NCBI GenBank assembly: GCA_036172245.1
Contig: JAYWIR010000010.1
Coordinates: forward strand, 2,728,001-2,792,000
Length of the DNA stretch: 64,000 nucleotides
Reading direction: 5' to 3'
Source: Raillietiella orientalis
Taxonomy: Eukaryota
The position numbers were made by a program, and so were the translations under genes. Each line of letters opens with the position of its first letter. Position 1 is the stretch's first letter. Below, in pieces: positions 24,927-36,900 of this stretch. Below the pieces are notes generated by a model. It worked only from the letters and a program-made list of their open reading frames with translations, had not been told where the DNA came from and ran no database searches.

Positions 24927-26501
24927 TGCACGAGGGACGACAGGACTCACTGGACCATCGGATTCCAGTGAAGAGCTCCTCGACACCACGATTGCTACCA
25001 AAAAGAGACACACTGACAACGGAGTGGAGGCTGCACTCCAGCGGTCTTAGACATACAGATCGTTATCAATGCAGAAGAGAAGCAGCTGTTGTCTGGGAAC
25101 CGCAGATTCCAATAATGGAGAGCAAATTAGCGTGCAGGAGACACGCTACATTGCTACTCCAAAGCAGCACTGGAAATGGTCACGCAAGGTTCTGTGCAGC
25201 TATTCCGGCCGCTTGAATAATTGAGGCGCTCGTGCTAGAAGAAGAGGATTCAAGAAAGGGATCCAGACGGCGCCGATCCCACTCTGGATGAAAAAGAAGG
25301 TGGGAGAGAAGAAACCCACACAAGGTCATTTCCAGATGGCGTCGATTCCACATAGAATGAGTAAGAGGGTGAGGAGAGAGGAAACCCACGCTAGGAGGTT
25401 CAGCTGGAGTAGGTAACACCTGAAGACAACATAATCAAAATTCCACTTAATGGTTTCGTCACGTTGTAGGAGGTCCCGACCCTCGCTAAGAAGCTAGAGC
25501 AAAAGACATGCTGAGCAGCAGTGCTTTTGGACACGCCGGGCAACTTGGATGTGATAGAAAGTGATGATAGCTGGGGGCTAGCAGCAATCTGAAGCTATTC
25601 TCGTTAAAGGAAACCGCCTGAAGATCTTTACTGTCATTTTCGGATCTTCATTCTTTAACCACAGCCTGTGATACGACAACCAACACTCTGTGCATCCATC
25701 CGAACACACGCTAAAATTCATTATTAATTCTTGAACAGGGAAGCTGACAGATCAAGCAGTGTAATCACTTGTCCATGAGGATGCTATGAATGCAAATGGA
25801 GTGCAAATCCAGATCTGTGTTTCAGCTGTGCTAGCATTCCGTCATCTGAATTCTATCTTATATTTCTAGATTTCGTGAAATCGTGAATGTAAAATATATA
25901 TATATATCCAACTTATTTGCACAATTTAGCACAAAGATTGGCTATACATCGGCTCATGTCTGTGGACCAAATATTCTCGTGAGTTTTAATATCAGGGGAC
26001 ACATTCAAATATTGGTGAGTAGCAACCCTGAAGAATTTTCAGATTTGGAAAGTGGGGGAGGCGCATCGTTCAAGTTTCACGCATTCTGTGTAGATATTTC
26101 TTCATTCCAAATTACCTTTCTGCTAGCAGCCATCCCATGCCTGCATTCGCGTAGTTTTCCTGCTCGAGAAAAGGGAGCCCACGGACGATGGGTCCTTCCG
26201 AAGTTCCTTTTTTCTACGTGGGATCTGTTGCAAGTCGCAGGTTGTTGATGTGATAACGTTTGCAGCAAGAGTAAGGAATGGCAGGATTGCTGTTAGAAAG
26301 GCGACCCCAATGGACTTCAGTGAAGTTTGTGAAGTTTCTTAGCCCCCTTTCACGATGCTCTTTACTTGTTGCAGCAACTGCGGTACAGCATTGCCATGGG
26401 TGTATCATATAATCATGCAATTTTCATTTGCGAATTACTTCGTGAAAGTCAGTGCATTGATATCGGTGTTTTTAGAATTGTAATACATACATTGTGTTAA
26501 A

Positions 26502-27952
26502 ATGGAATACGCAGTAGACAAAGTTAAATTTGAGGACCTGAATTTTTTTAATCTTCCGTCTCAAGGAAATATATATAGCATGAAGTTTGTAGAAACATCA
26601 GATAATACTTATAAGGTGCTCATGGCAACTTTAAAGGCAGGAGTGTACATAATGGGCTTCGAAAAAAATGACACTGGTATTTCACCAACCTTGGAAAGGC
26701 TTCAGTTTACGTACATTCCAAGTAAGAAAACATTTACCAATGTTTCTAAGCTGTAGGTATACTTCAGAGGAAGCAGAGATTCTGTCCATTGACATAACAA
26801 ACAAGGTGGAGAATTGGGCTGGATTTGCAATTGGTATAAGTATTGTTAAGGTTATTAACAAGTGGCATAGTCCAATTTTTGCATACTTAAGATGATTCCA
26901 TGATTTTTGTGTTACATCTTCCTGCTTTTGTTTTTTGTTTTGGATGTTGTCGAAATAAACAATTGCGTTTTTTTCAGCTGGAGAATACTAGTCAAGAGTA
27001 CTTTCTCAATATATACTCAGATTGGGAAACAGGGAATGCTGTAAATTTGGATTCTTTAGTGCAAAGTTGCACCACAGTATCACTTTCTTATGTGCCCTAC
27101 CACTTGACACATCACACAATCAACAAAGAAGTATGAATTTTACTGTTTAAAGATTAGATGTGTATTCATGATTATCTTTATCAGATGATATGGCTGCTTA
27201 GTGGCAGTGACTGTAAAGTACATCTGTACAGAGAAGACAAAGAGAGCTGCAGTTATGTAGAAGCATCTGTGCAACACACATTTCCTGAATTTGCTGATGT
27301 ACCAGCCATTGTGTATTGGATTGACATATATTCTTGCCATAGACTGAACAGGTTGTATGTTTTTTACAAGAATTGTAAAGTTTATGGACTGAATGTTGTT
27401 TCCAGGAGGGTGACAGCATTTTGCTGTGAGAATGGATTCAGTAGTGTATTCATAGTGGATACAAGTGTTCAGCAAGTGTTACATACTCACAACTGGGAAC
27501 AAGAAGGACCTGCCACATCTGTTCGGTTGTTCCCTCAACATTATGCTACAGAAGAAGATTTATCTTCATTACTTTTGTTGGTTACTAACTCATTGGATCC
27601 CAGCTTCCTTGTGAGCAACCTAGATGGTGAAGCTAAGGTGCAAGTGTTGCCTGATAGCAATCAGTATGACAGTGTGACCTGCTGTTGCACAGGAGACATT
27701 GACATGGATGGGCAGCCTGAAGTTATATTGGGCACATTTGGCAACATGTTATTGATCTACAAACTGGGAAAATGGGCTGATTACCAAACTGTGTGTTTAG
27801 CCAGCCCTGTACATGCAATGCAGTACATAGATGTGACCCAAGATGGCATGAAAGAATTGGTTGTGCTAACTCAGAAGGGAGTCCAAGTTATGCAGCATGA
27901 CTTTTCACAGATACTGAACCTCTTGCTACAACGCCTGAAGAATCCCTGCTGA
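26502..27952 (+). CDS. KPTN: Kaptin (KICSTOR complex subunit), 5 exons, about 389 aa
   Basis: Exons 26502-26721, 26768-26850, 26978-27130, 27185-27351 and 27406-27952 join through GT-AG introns into 1170 nt with no stops. Motifs match kaptin: FFNLPSQGNIYSM, LQFTYIPKEAEILSID, YFLNIYSDWE, LSYVPYHLTH, WLLSGSDCKVHLYRED, LPDSNQYDSVTCC.TGDIDMDGQPEVILGTFG, YIDVTQDGMKELVVLTQKGVQVMQH. Confidence 0.93.
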
Positions 27953-27985
27953 AACTTGTACACTGACTACATGTATTTGATGGCA

Positions 27986-30900
27986 CTATGTGAGTGGAAT
28001 CACTTTTTTCTGTACAAGCTCCACCAACTGTTCTGAGTACTGTTGCATCAAGTGCAGCAAAACAGGATTGCCTTCTGGCAATAAAGTACTGAGAAACTGC
28101 TGTGCTTGTGCTGTGCTAACATGCAGATGTTCCAACAATTCTTTGCGACGCCACTCTGACAGCTGGCGATCTGCATGAATCCGCTGGTGCAAGCTACAGG
28201 CATGGCTTGCAGCTTGCACTAAGGAATTGCCAACAGCTTCTAGCAAAGGGTAATCCAATGGAGATACCAAAGGGTCAATATGAAAGGCACTGGATTGGGA
28301 AACCGAGTTTTTCCCTAAATGTTGCAAATCTCTTTCACTGGCTGACCGCAGACGATACATTGTACCAGGATTCAATCTTGTTTCTTTTGATGAGGACCAT
28401 GTTGCCTGATGTTCTGGACTACTGCGCTCTTCAGAACTTGAGTATCCAGCTTGCCAAGTTAGATCAGCTAAAGACCGGGAATGACTTGGATATTGTTTTC
28501 TGCTCCAGCCTGCTGCATCCATAGAGTGATAGTCATCAGAATCACTCTATAAAATGAAGCCAATGAAAAAGTAATACGCTAACTGAATTCTCACTTGTTG
28601 AAAAGTCTGCAATGGAGTTCTGCCTGAATACTTATTTTGACTGCTGACCTTTGCCTCCTTCAATTTTCCAGTCACTGTAAAACATCAAGACCACATATCA
28701 AAAAGATTCCATAAAACAGTATTACCATAAAAGCTAGAGGAAGATAGCCAAGGAGGAACACTGTTATCAGACAGGTCACTCAGTGAGCAGGCACGCCGTA
28801 TGCCAGCTGTCCTTCTGGACCCTACGGCCAACATACATTACCCACTGTAAGCAAGAAAAGTTTAAGCTCTACAAAGTGAACAACACAAACAAACAATGCT
28901 CTTGCAGCAAACAGGTTTGGCAATAGCAAGAAACAGGTCTTGCAAAAAAAAAAAAAAAAAAGCTGTCAGAGAATGACATGTATCAGGTACCTGTAGGAGT
29001 GGCTCTTGCTTGATAATGGCTCAAATCACTCACACTGTAGCTGGAATTCAAGGTTTTGTTCCCGATCTGCACCAAGCAATAGGTCCTATCATTGGGTTTA
29101 ATTGTTCAGCTACTCACGTTCTGTAACTTCTTCTTTGTTTCTTGGATCCGTTTCTGCAGTTCTGCACGCTGGCGCTGTGACTCAGAATAGTGTCTTGTTT
29201 GCAGAGCAGCATTGATGATGGCTGCGTTTCTGTCCTGAGCAACACCAAGGCGGCCAGGTTCGGGGACGGTGGCTGCAGCAAAATCGAAAGAAGCCTTCAA
29301 GTAATGTTCGCGTTCTTGCATCTTGGTCAAATTGTCTATACTGTAGCACAGTCGTCGATACTGCTTGATTATATCATTCTCACCTGACGGAGCGATTGAA
29401 TAAAGCATTGAATTTGTCAATAGGCTCCCCGCTTAAAGTAGACATTTCATCGGAATCCTGAGCCCTTGCTGATCCACTGGGAGAAATACTTTGCGTAGGA
29501 TGCTCAGGTCTGTATTTTCTGCTGTGCCACTGTGATCTGCGCAATTCTTCATGATCGGTTGCGTTCACAACGAAACTGGTGTCCGCTTCTTCGACTGGTG
29601 GATAGAAAAGAACACATCCGACTTGATTCGCCCTCATGTCATCCGGTTCCGAGAAATCGTCAATGTCCCCATCATGTTCCAGCTCAGTCTCTATGTGCAG
29701 ACTACACATGCTGCTGTCATCCGTTAACTGCTTGGAGGGAAACTCGTATCGTGAATCCTTAGGGAGCGCGAGACGGCCATCCTTTAACATGAACGGGCTG
29801 GAAGACCTCTGCTGCTCTGTGTGTTCTTCGTTTTCTAAATCAACCACCTAGAATATTCGCCGTCACGAAAGTGCCTGTTCAAGCATATAGTAGTACTACC
29901 TGCTGGCTGCTAGGATTACCACTGCTTAAGGAACTTTCTTTAGAAGAGCTGTTTTCTGCGGCTTTTTTAGCATCTACAAAAATAAAGTAAGCAATTCTAC
30001 ACAACATCCACAGAGTAGTTACCATGGCTTAAGGGGAAAGGGATCACAGAATCGGAATCATAGACAGATTTCACGGTGATGCCGATACCATCGATTCGTT
30101 GTGCCCATCGCCCTTTTGGAAAATCAATCTGCTTATCTACGTACGGAGGATGACCGTTATCTTCTATGATCTGTTTTTTGGCCCAGGACGGCAACGGACC
30201 CGACGGAAGCTGAAACGGGGATTTGTCCGCGTGTGTAATTGCATGAACACTGTTCGATGTACTATTGCTAATTCCTTGATCAGTAAGCTTATGATCATCC
30301 TCCGTCTTTCTGGAGAAACAAATTTTAAGAAGGAAACACGGAATATGATTTACCGAGTGGAAAGCCGGGCTAACATCGCGTTCGAAAGATCCGGGGGGAA
30401 ACGCCACACGAATACGCAGCCATTCCCGGAAACTGATATCAGGTGACGGCAATCAGGGGTGAAACGCATGGAGGTGACCAGTTCCGAGTGTCCGGACAAA
30501 ACAGCCAGACACTCTCCAGATGCGTAGTCGTAAATGTACAAGTTTTTATCCGTACAGCTTGTTGCGACATATGTACAGCTCGGGTCCATCGTCAGGCGGA
30601 TGAGAGAACCTTCGTCCCCTTGGGAACCGTGGAAGGCGCGGCTGCACTTGGAGTGGCCCAACTTGTATATTCGCAGACGTCTGTCCTGACACGCCGTCAC
30701 TATGTGCCGCTGAGACGCATGCACCTGCATATCGTACAGCGTGCTCTTGGAGATGATCTGCTGCGTCTGCACGAACGAGAGCTCCGGCTTCTGCTCATCG
30801 ATCTGCCAGCACAGCAACGTTTTATTGGCACCGCAGGACACCATCTGTAAGGTGTTTCCTTGAAGAAAAAAGTGAGCAGCAGTCACCGACGAGGTGTGCT

Positions 30901-33900
30901 CTGAGAGCGTGAATAAGCACGCATAATTCTGCGCAGCGTCAAATACGTGGATCAAGCAGTCCCGGGATCCAGACATCATGAGTCTCCGCGAGCAATTCGC
31001 TGGCGTGTAATCCAGACACAGCACTTCCAGATCGTGAGCTTCGATGAAAGACAGTTCCTGAAGGGTGCTGAGATCGTGCACCCTGATGTTCCCACTGCGA
31101 TCGCCAGAGGCGAGATGCTTCCCGTCGGGACTGAGACGGATGCACCGGACACCATTTTTTCCATCGCACGTCGCATCTATTTTCTCTGTGCTCTCATTTG
31201 GATGCTGCGCTTCACAGAGATGAGCCAGCAAGGGGTCGAAATAGAGTACCTTCAGCAGTTCCTGATAACAGGGTGTGAGTCACGCGGATCGAGAGCCGTA
31301 TACATACATACATTGCTGTAAATGTTACGCTGATAAGATCCATTCGCTTCCAGTATGCTCTCAATGTTCCAAATGCGAATGGTATCATCGCTGGAGCAGG
31401 TAACAAAGCTTCCTGGAGGCAAAGCACCAGGCTTATTGGGGGATTCATTAGCGTATCCCACTTCTATGTCCCAAACGCAGCATGCATGAAAGAGATACGA
31501 ATGACTTTTTCCCACCTAGAACTCATATTACAAGTTATTCCTCTTCTCGAGATATACCTTTTTCACATCGCGGACATCCCAGACGTAAAAACTGCGATCA
31601 TCGTAAACAGAGACCACTTTATTTGTTTCCTCATCGAAAGTGATGGCAACCGTGTTTGGGTAACAGGCCTGAGAAGGTGAAACGGACATATGACCGATGC
31701 TTAGGCCTTTCGCTACATCGACACCAAGATAATGAGTACGTGGAAGCGTTGTTACGAACTGAAGTGTACACGGGTTGAAACACCGAATTATACCATCGGC
31801 ACAGCCAATGAAAATGAGCTGCCTCCCCACGGACAGGGCATATGCGCTCCGGGTCTAAAAAAAAAAATAAACCATGTAAGAGCTGACATGGTACACCGAC
31901 CACTTACTCGCAACTCCACCCATCTGTTCAGCAGCCTCCGGTTGTTAAATTCGCATAATAATCCAGATCTGGTTATGACATACGTAAAGTCTCCCATTTC
32001 TCCTCTACCACAACCGACGTCGCAAAAGTAGTTATTGCGCTGCTCTCCTAGAATCGCTGATCTTCCCATTAATGGCACAACTTCTTTGTACTATTTGAAA
32101 TTAAATTCCATTATGTTTTTCCGATGAATCTCAGTGGTCGCAGATTGGCTTAAGTTACTTTTCGAAATATGTCAAAAATGAAAGACAGCATTTGAACATT
32201 AAATTACTATCTACTCTAGCATTTAAAGATCAAAGTAATGTACTGTGGAAAACGGTCATACCATAGATGGACGGGAAACATCCAAATACCAAAATTTGAC
32301 GTGCCGATTTCCAACAGTAACAAAATAATTACCGTTCTCGGCGAAAGATATTGCTTTGACTTTCGAGGACACTTTGTTCGAGGCGGTTTTGATGCCATTT
32401 CTCCAATCCCAAACACTCACTATCATGTCGTGTTGGGAACTAACACACACTATGTACTTGTGGTTTGGGCAAAACGCCTGAAAGGAAAAAATGGCTGGCG
32501 TTGAGGATGCCACGAGCGTTCTTGCACAGAGTTCGTGGTTTCTCGGGAAGATTCAGGGACAGTCTCAGTTGTAAGGGCGCGATTGCTTTGAAGAAAATGG
32601 AAAACCGAGTTGGCGATTTGTAGGGTTTCGTGGGAATTTTGCGTGCAGCGCAAATGCGGGGAAAGCGCAGGAGGAGATCCACTTTCAGAAGTCAAATCCA
32701 AAACCAGTTTCCCGTGAAGCTCATGGAAGTGGTTGTGGAGGACACGCCCTTTGCCCCGGAACACTTGCAGACGCCGAGTGAAACAAAAATCTAAACTACA
32801 GGAGAATCTTTTGAATCCTAAAGCTGCAATTAGGACTGCAATTACGCCTTGTTCCAAACGGCCACCGTGACTCTAAATGCAGAAACATGCTGCTGTTCAT
32901 CCGCATGAAGGGGCGGGGCAGTGACACCACCAAATACCATAACAAAATATCTGGGACTTTCCTGACAACATGCATAAGCGCATAGATTCTTATGCTGCTG
33001 GCAGGCGTTGTGGAATGAAACTGGACCCAAACCTATACAGACAAAACCGTTCCGCAAACAGCTTCCTTCTGACACGGAAAGTGCATCCTCTGGACAGGAA
33101 TGATGATGACACGCATTCCCTTTTGCATTGAGATTTCGACCGGATACAATTACATCAAGGTACTCATTACGATTTCCTTTTCGTAGATTTACAAGGAGAA
33201 TCTTCCTCCGCCAAAATTATGAGAAAGCAAATCACGCACGTGGCGAAAGAAATCAGTCCTAGAGCATAACTTTGAAAATCCCGTTTAGGGAACACCTCGT
33301 GGCGCAGAATACCCAGAAGGGCGAATGGAAACCGAAACAAACTGAAAATCAACGTCTTGTGACGTCAAATTCTAAATCGGAGACACGAGAGGTTTGCACA
33401 CAATCGAAGAAACATCAATTGAAACAAAAAGTACGGCTCCGTTGCCATCATTAACCGGTAAGGCATCAACAACATGATTTTCCTGCAGATGCTGAAACAG
33501 GAGGAAGGAAAGTTCGAATCTTTGCAACCACGAATCAAAGCAAAAAGCATTTAGATAAGCCTTCATGTTCAATGGATTAGCTCGAGTGAAAATTCGATTG
33601 GAAGAAAGCATAATAATCACTTATTATGTGTCACTCAAAAATAACATACCACACACGAAATTCCATACTTTTGACCATCAAATTCCGCAATCTGAACTTG
33701 CTGTTTCACATCCCATACACGAACACATGACATATGTCCACATTCTCCACTGACCAAGTAGGAACCGTCGGATGAATAGGCAAGACATGTGATGTTCTTC
33801 TTAGAAGCATTATTGATATACGTCTGTTTGCTTCTTTTCGAATTGAACAAGACAATCGTGGACCTGGAAATCATCAGTCGTTTAAAAATAAAAAATACAC

Positions 33901-36900
33901 TCAAGCATAGTATGCATCCAATGACAAACTTTTCCTTGTGGCTGCAATGAAGAATACAATGACTGTTAATCAGTCAGCAATGCATAATTCGACAGTCTCG
34001 GTTTGATGACAACAGGAAGGGATAACCACCGTATAAAAGGAAATCTTTACACGCCACCGACGTTGCCTTCTATTTTTGTAGATTGTGATTGTGAGTAATT
34101 CGTGAAATCATGGGCGTGCGATCTCACGAAAGCTTTCGGAAGACCCTATTTTCACTTCCATAGTTTGTTAAATAAAGGAATGAATCCGATAACGATTCCA
34201 GGATACGAGCCTGTTAAGTACCACAAGCTATACAAACATCCTGCAATGAACTTAAACTATCCTGAATGATCGTAAGATTTTTCTTTAAGCTAGAAAAAAA
34301 AAAAAAACTTACAGCCTTCTTTTGGTACTTTGTACGCTAAAATTGTACACACCTTACTGGAGTGAGAACTGTGAAAGCACCAACTGCAAGAAGAGTTCTG
34401 TGTGGCACACGAAAAGGCTTTAGCAAAACAACGAAAGCATCTTTATCGCTGGTCATGAGTGTCCGAAAGGGGAAATGCTGACACATGTGACCTGGTGTAT
34501 CCACCGAACATCCCGATTGGTGCCTTCCACCCTCGTTTGAGGGGGATACATCTATAAATTAATCTATCGAGTATTCCGCGAACCTCGAAATAGGTGGGCA
34601 CTGAAAGCAACCACCAGGTCGAAAGACAGCTCAAACATTCAAGGTAAGTGCTTTGGACATCTCTTGGAAGCACGCGCAAGCGAAACGAGGCGGAGCGCTA
34701 CTCGTCTAGCAGAGCTATGAACCAGGAAACGAGATCCATACGTATACATAAAGTAATCGCTCTATAGTTTCGATGATGAATAAAGGTACTTGAAACCCCC
34801 CCCCCCATCCGACGAGCAACAGGGAAAGAAAAAATCAGCAAAGGAAAGTGCAATCCCGGATCCAATTATCCGTAACCTTCACATGAAGCAGGGTGCAAGT
34901 GGACCCTACTTTATGGCAGGCACCCCAAGTCTCTTGCTTCTCTTCTTTCACTAACAACGCGCTTTCTGGCACATGAGCCTCAGCAGCTTCCACACGGCCA
35001 AATGCGGTCGTCCGGGAAAGCGCGGATCCATCAGTAAGGAGGAGAGACCAGATGCATGGATCGGACGGGCATCGCCAACTGTATTGCGACAAGCACGCTT
35101 GCAAATCCGTGTACACCGTTCGGGACAAATGTACGGCGTCCTGACGTGCTCATGATGAAGGTTTGCTGAGCTCGGATGTCCACAGATGGCAACGCCATAG
35201 GTGCGCTGCCGTCAAAACACGGTCCAGCACCGCCAAATATGGCACCACGGACCACACACGCAGGAAAACGCGGTCCGCATGGATGAGAGCATTCGGGAAA
35301 AGAGCATAGCTCGGCCATCCGCAAATTTTACTTCACTAAATGTTCATGGAGGTGGCAAACAGTTCAGTTTTCATTAATACTTTGATCTTAACCAAAGGGC
35401 CAGGTTTTCATTAACAGGCGCTTTCCAAGTCCAATGTCAAGGGTCTAGAAAGGATGTCATACTGAAAAAGCAACGATGGTTCTCAAAAACACCATCTAGG
35501 GAGGCAATCTTGCCACTGTTTCCCATTTTGAGATGTTGCAGCAACACGGCATTTTTTTCTTTTCTTTGGTTTTCATTACTAGGGCTTATGAATACATCCA
35601 GAGCCACCAAAACTTTCATTTCTTGAACTGCATCTTTACTGACGAGGACAAGCGACACTCAAATAAAGTGGAGGCTCAAGTTGAAGTTGAGTACCGCTGC
35701 CATCTCGATCTGAAGCCAGGAAGAAATTTTCCTTATGAACTTTGAGCAGAGGGGTCCTTTCCTTACAGGTTTCTTTGGCATACCGAACTAAGGATTTCGC
35801 CAGAAACACACTTGCAAATGATCCCGTTATTCACATCTTCCCTGGTTGCAGCTTCGTACCAACTCAATGACCGTTATGCATCAGACACCTCGGACAAATT
35901 TAGGAAAAAGTTTACAATTTTGTCGTAAATCTCTTACAAGCTCTACCCAAATTTCCTTATCAACCTTCATCAATGTGTGAATTGGGGAAAGGGTTTTCCC
36001 GCACCGAATACGGATAAACGTAAGCTGCAGCTCAACAGCATCAATTTTCAATTCCTGTTTTCATCGAACCATCAAGGGAGTCACAATGCAGCTATGCCTT
36101 TCAATAACTTTCTACTTTTACGAGGACACGTAGGCTTCCTTACTTTTTACAACGACATCCTGATCTGAGGTTCTTGCATCCGTATGCGAATATTCGGAGG
36201 CTAAGCTTTCACAAGGATAGAAAATTGGGGGCAGTGCTTTTCTCGAATTGAAACAGATCAAGCTTCCACGAAATTTTGAGCTTACTACAAAGATTCCGTA
36301 CTATCGGGCTAATCTCCATTCATGGGAACATCAAGCTTCGTTGTGATCCTACACCTCACTACGCATCCCCGATTTCTGTACCGTTCACAAGACGCGTACT
36401 TCACCAGAGAACCCGGTTCGGAAAGAAAAAAAAAAAACAAAAAACAAAATACTGCCTTGTCCAACTGTGCACATCTACTGCTTTTATTTCTTCTGTACAA
36501 TAACGTTCATTTTTATCCTGAGGCGTTCCGTAAACAACCATCCTCCTTCAAATTCTGAGATACAGATATCTCGAGAATGACCACACTCAGAACGTGCTTT
36601 CAGGCTTATACCATGTGAGAACGAGTCTTGGAAGATTCCAATGATCGAAGCAGCACTGCAGGAGCACAGGGGTCTAGCACGGGGGTTTGTTCTGAGCTTC
36701 ACCTAAAACTGAACTTTCAACGGGAAACTTCGGGGATTTTTCTCCTAAACGAGTACTAAAAAGCCAAGAGTTTTTAAACACGTTTCTAACGACTTCTTTC
36801 TTTCTTTCTTTTTTGGATTCAGTCTGCAAAAACTTTGCATCCTTAAGAAGCACCAACCTATATTTTTTTCTACATTTATTGTATGGTACACACTACTACT

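Noticed and set aside
24927..25019. N-terminal 31-aa extension of the IR shown in the ORF track
   Set aside because: It starts at a non-ATG codon; the ATG at 24926 directly precedes a clear signal peptide.
25561..25621. C/D-box snoRNA-like arrangement (GTGATGA ... CTGA ... CTGA)
   Set aside because: No convincing terminal stem, and no rRNA-complementary guide adjacent to either D box that I can verify.
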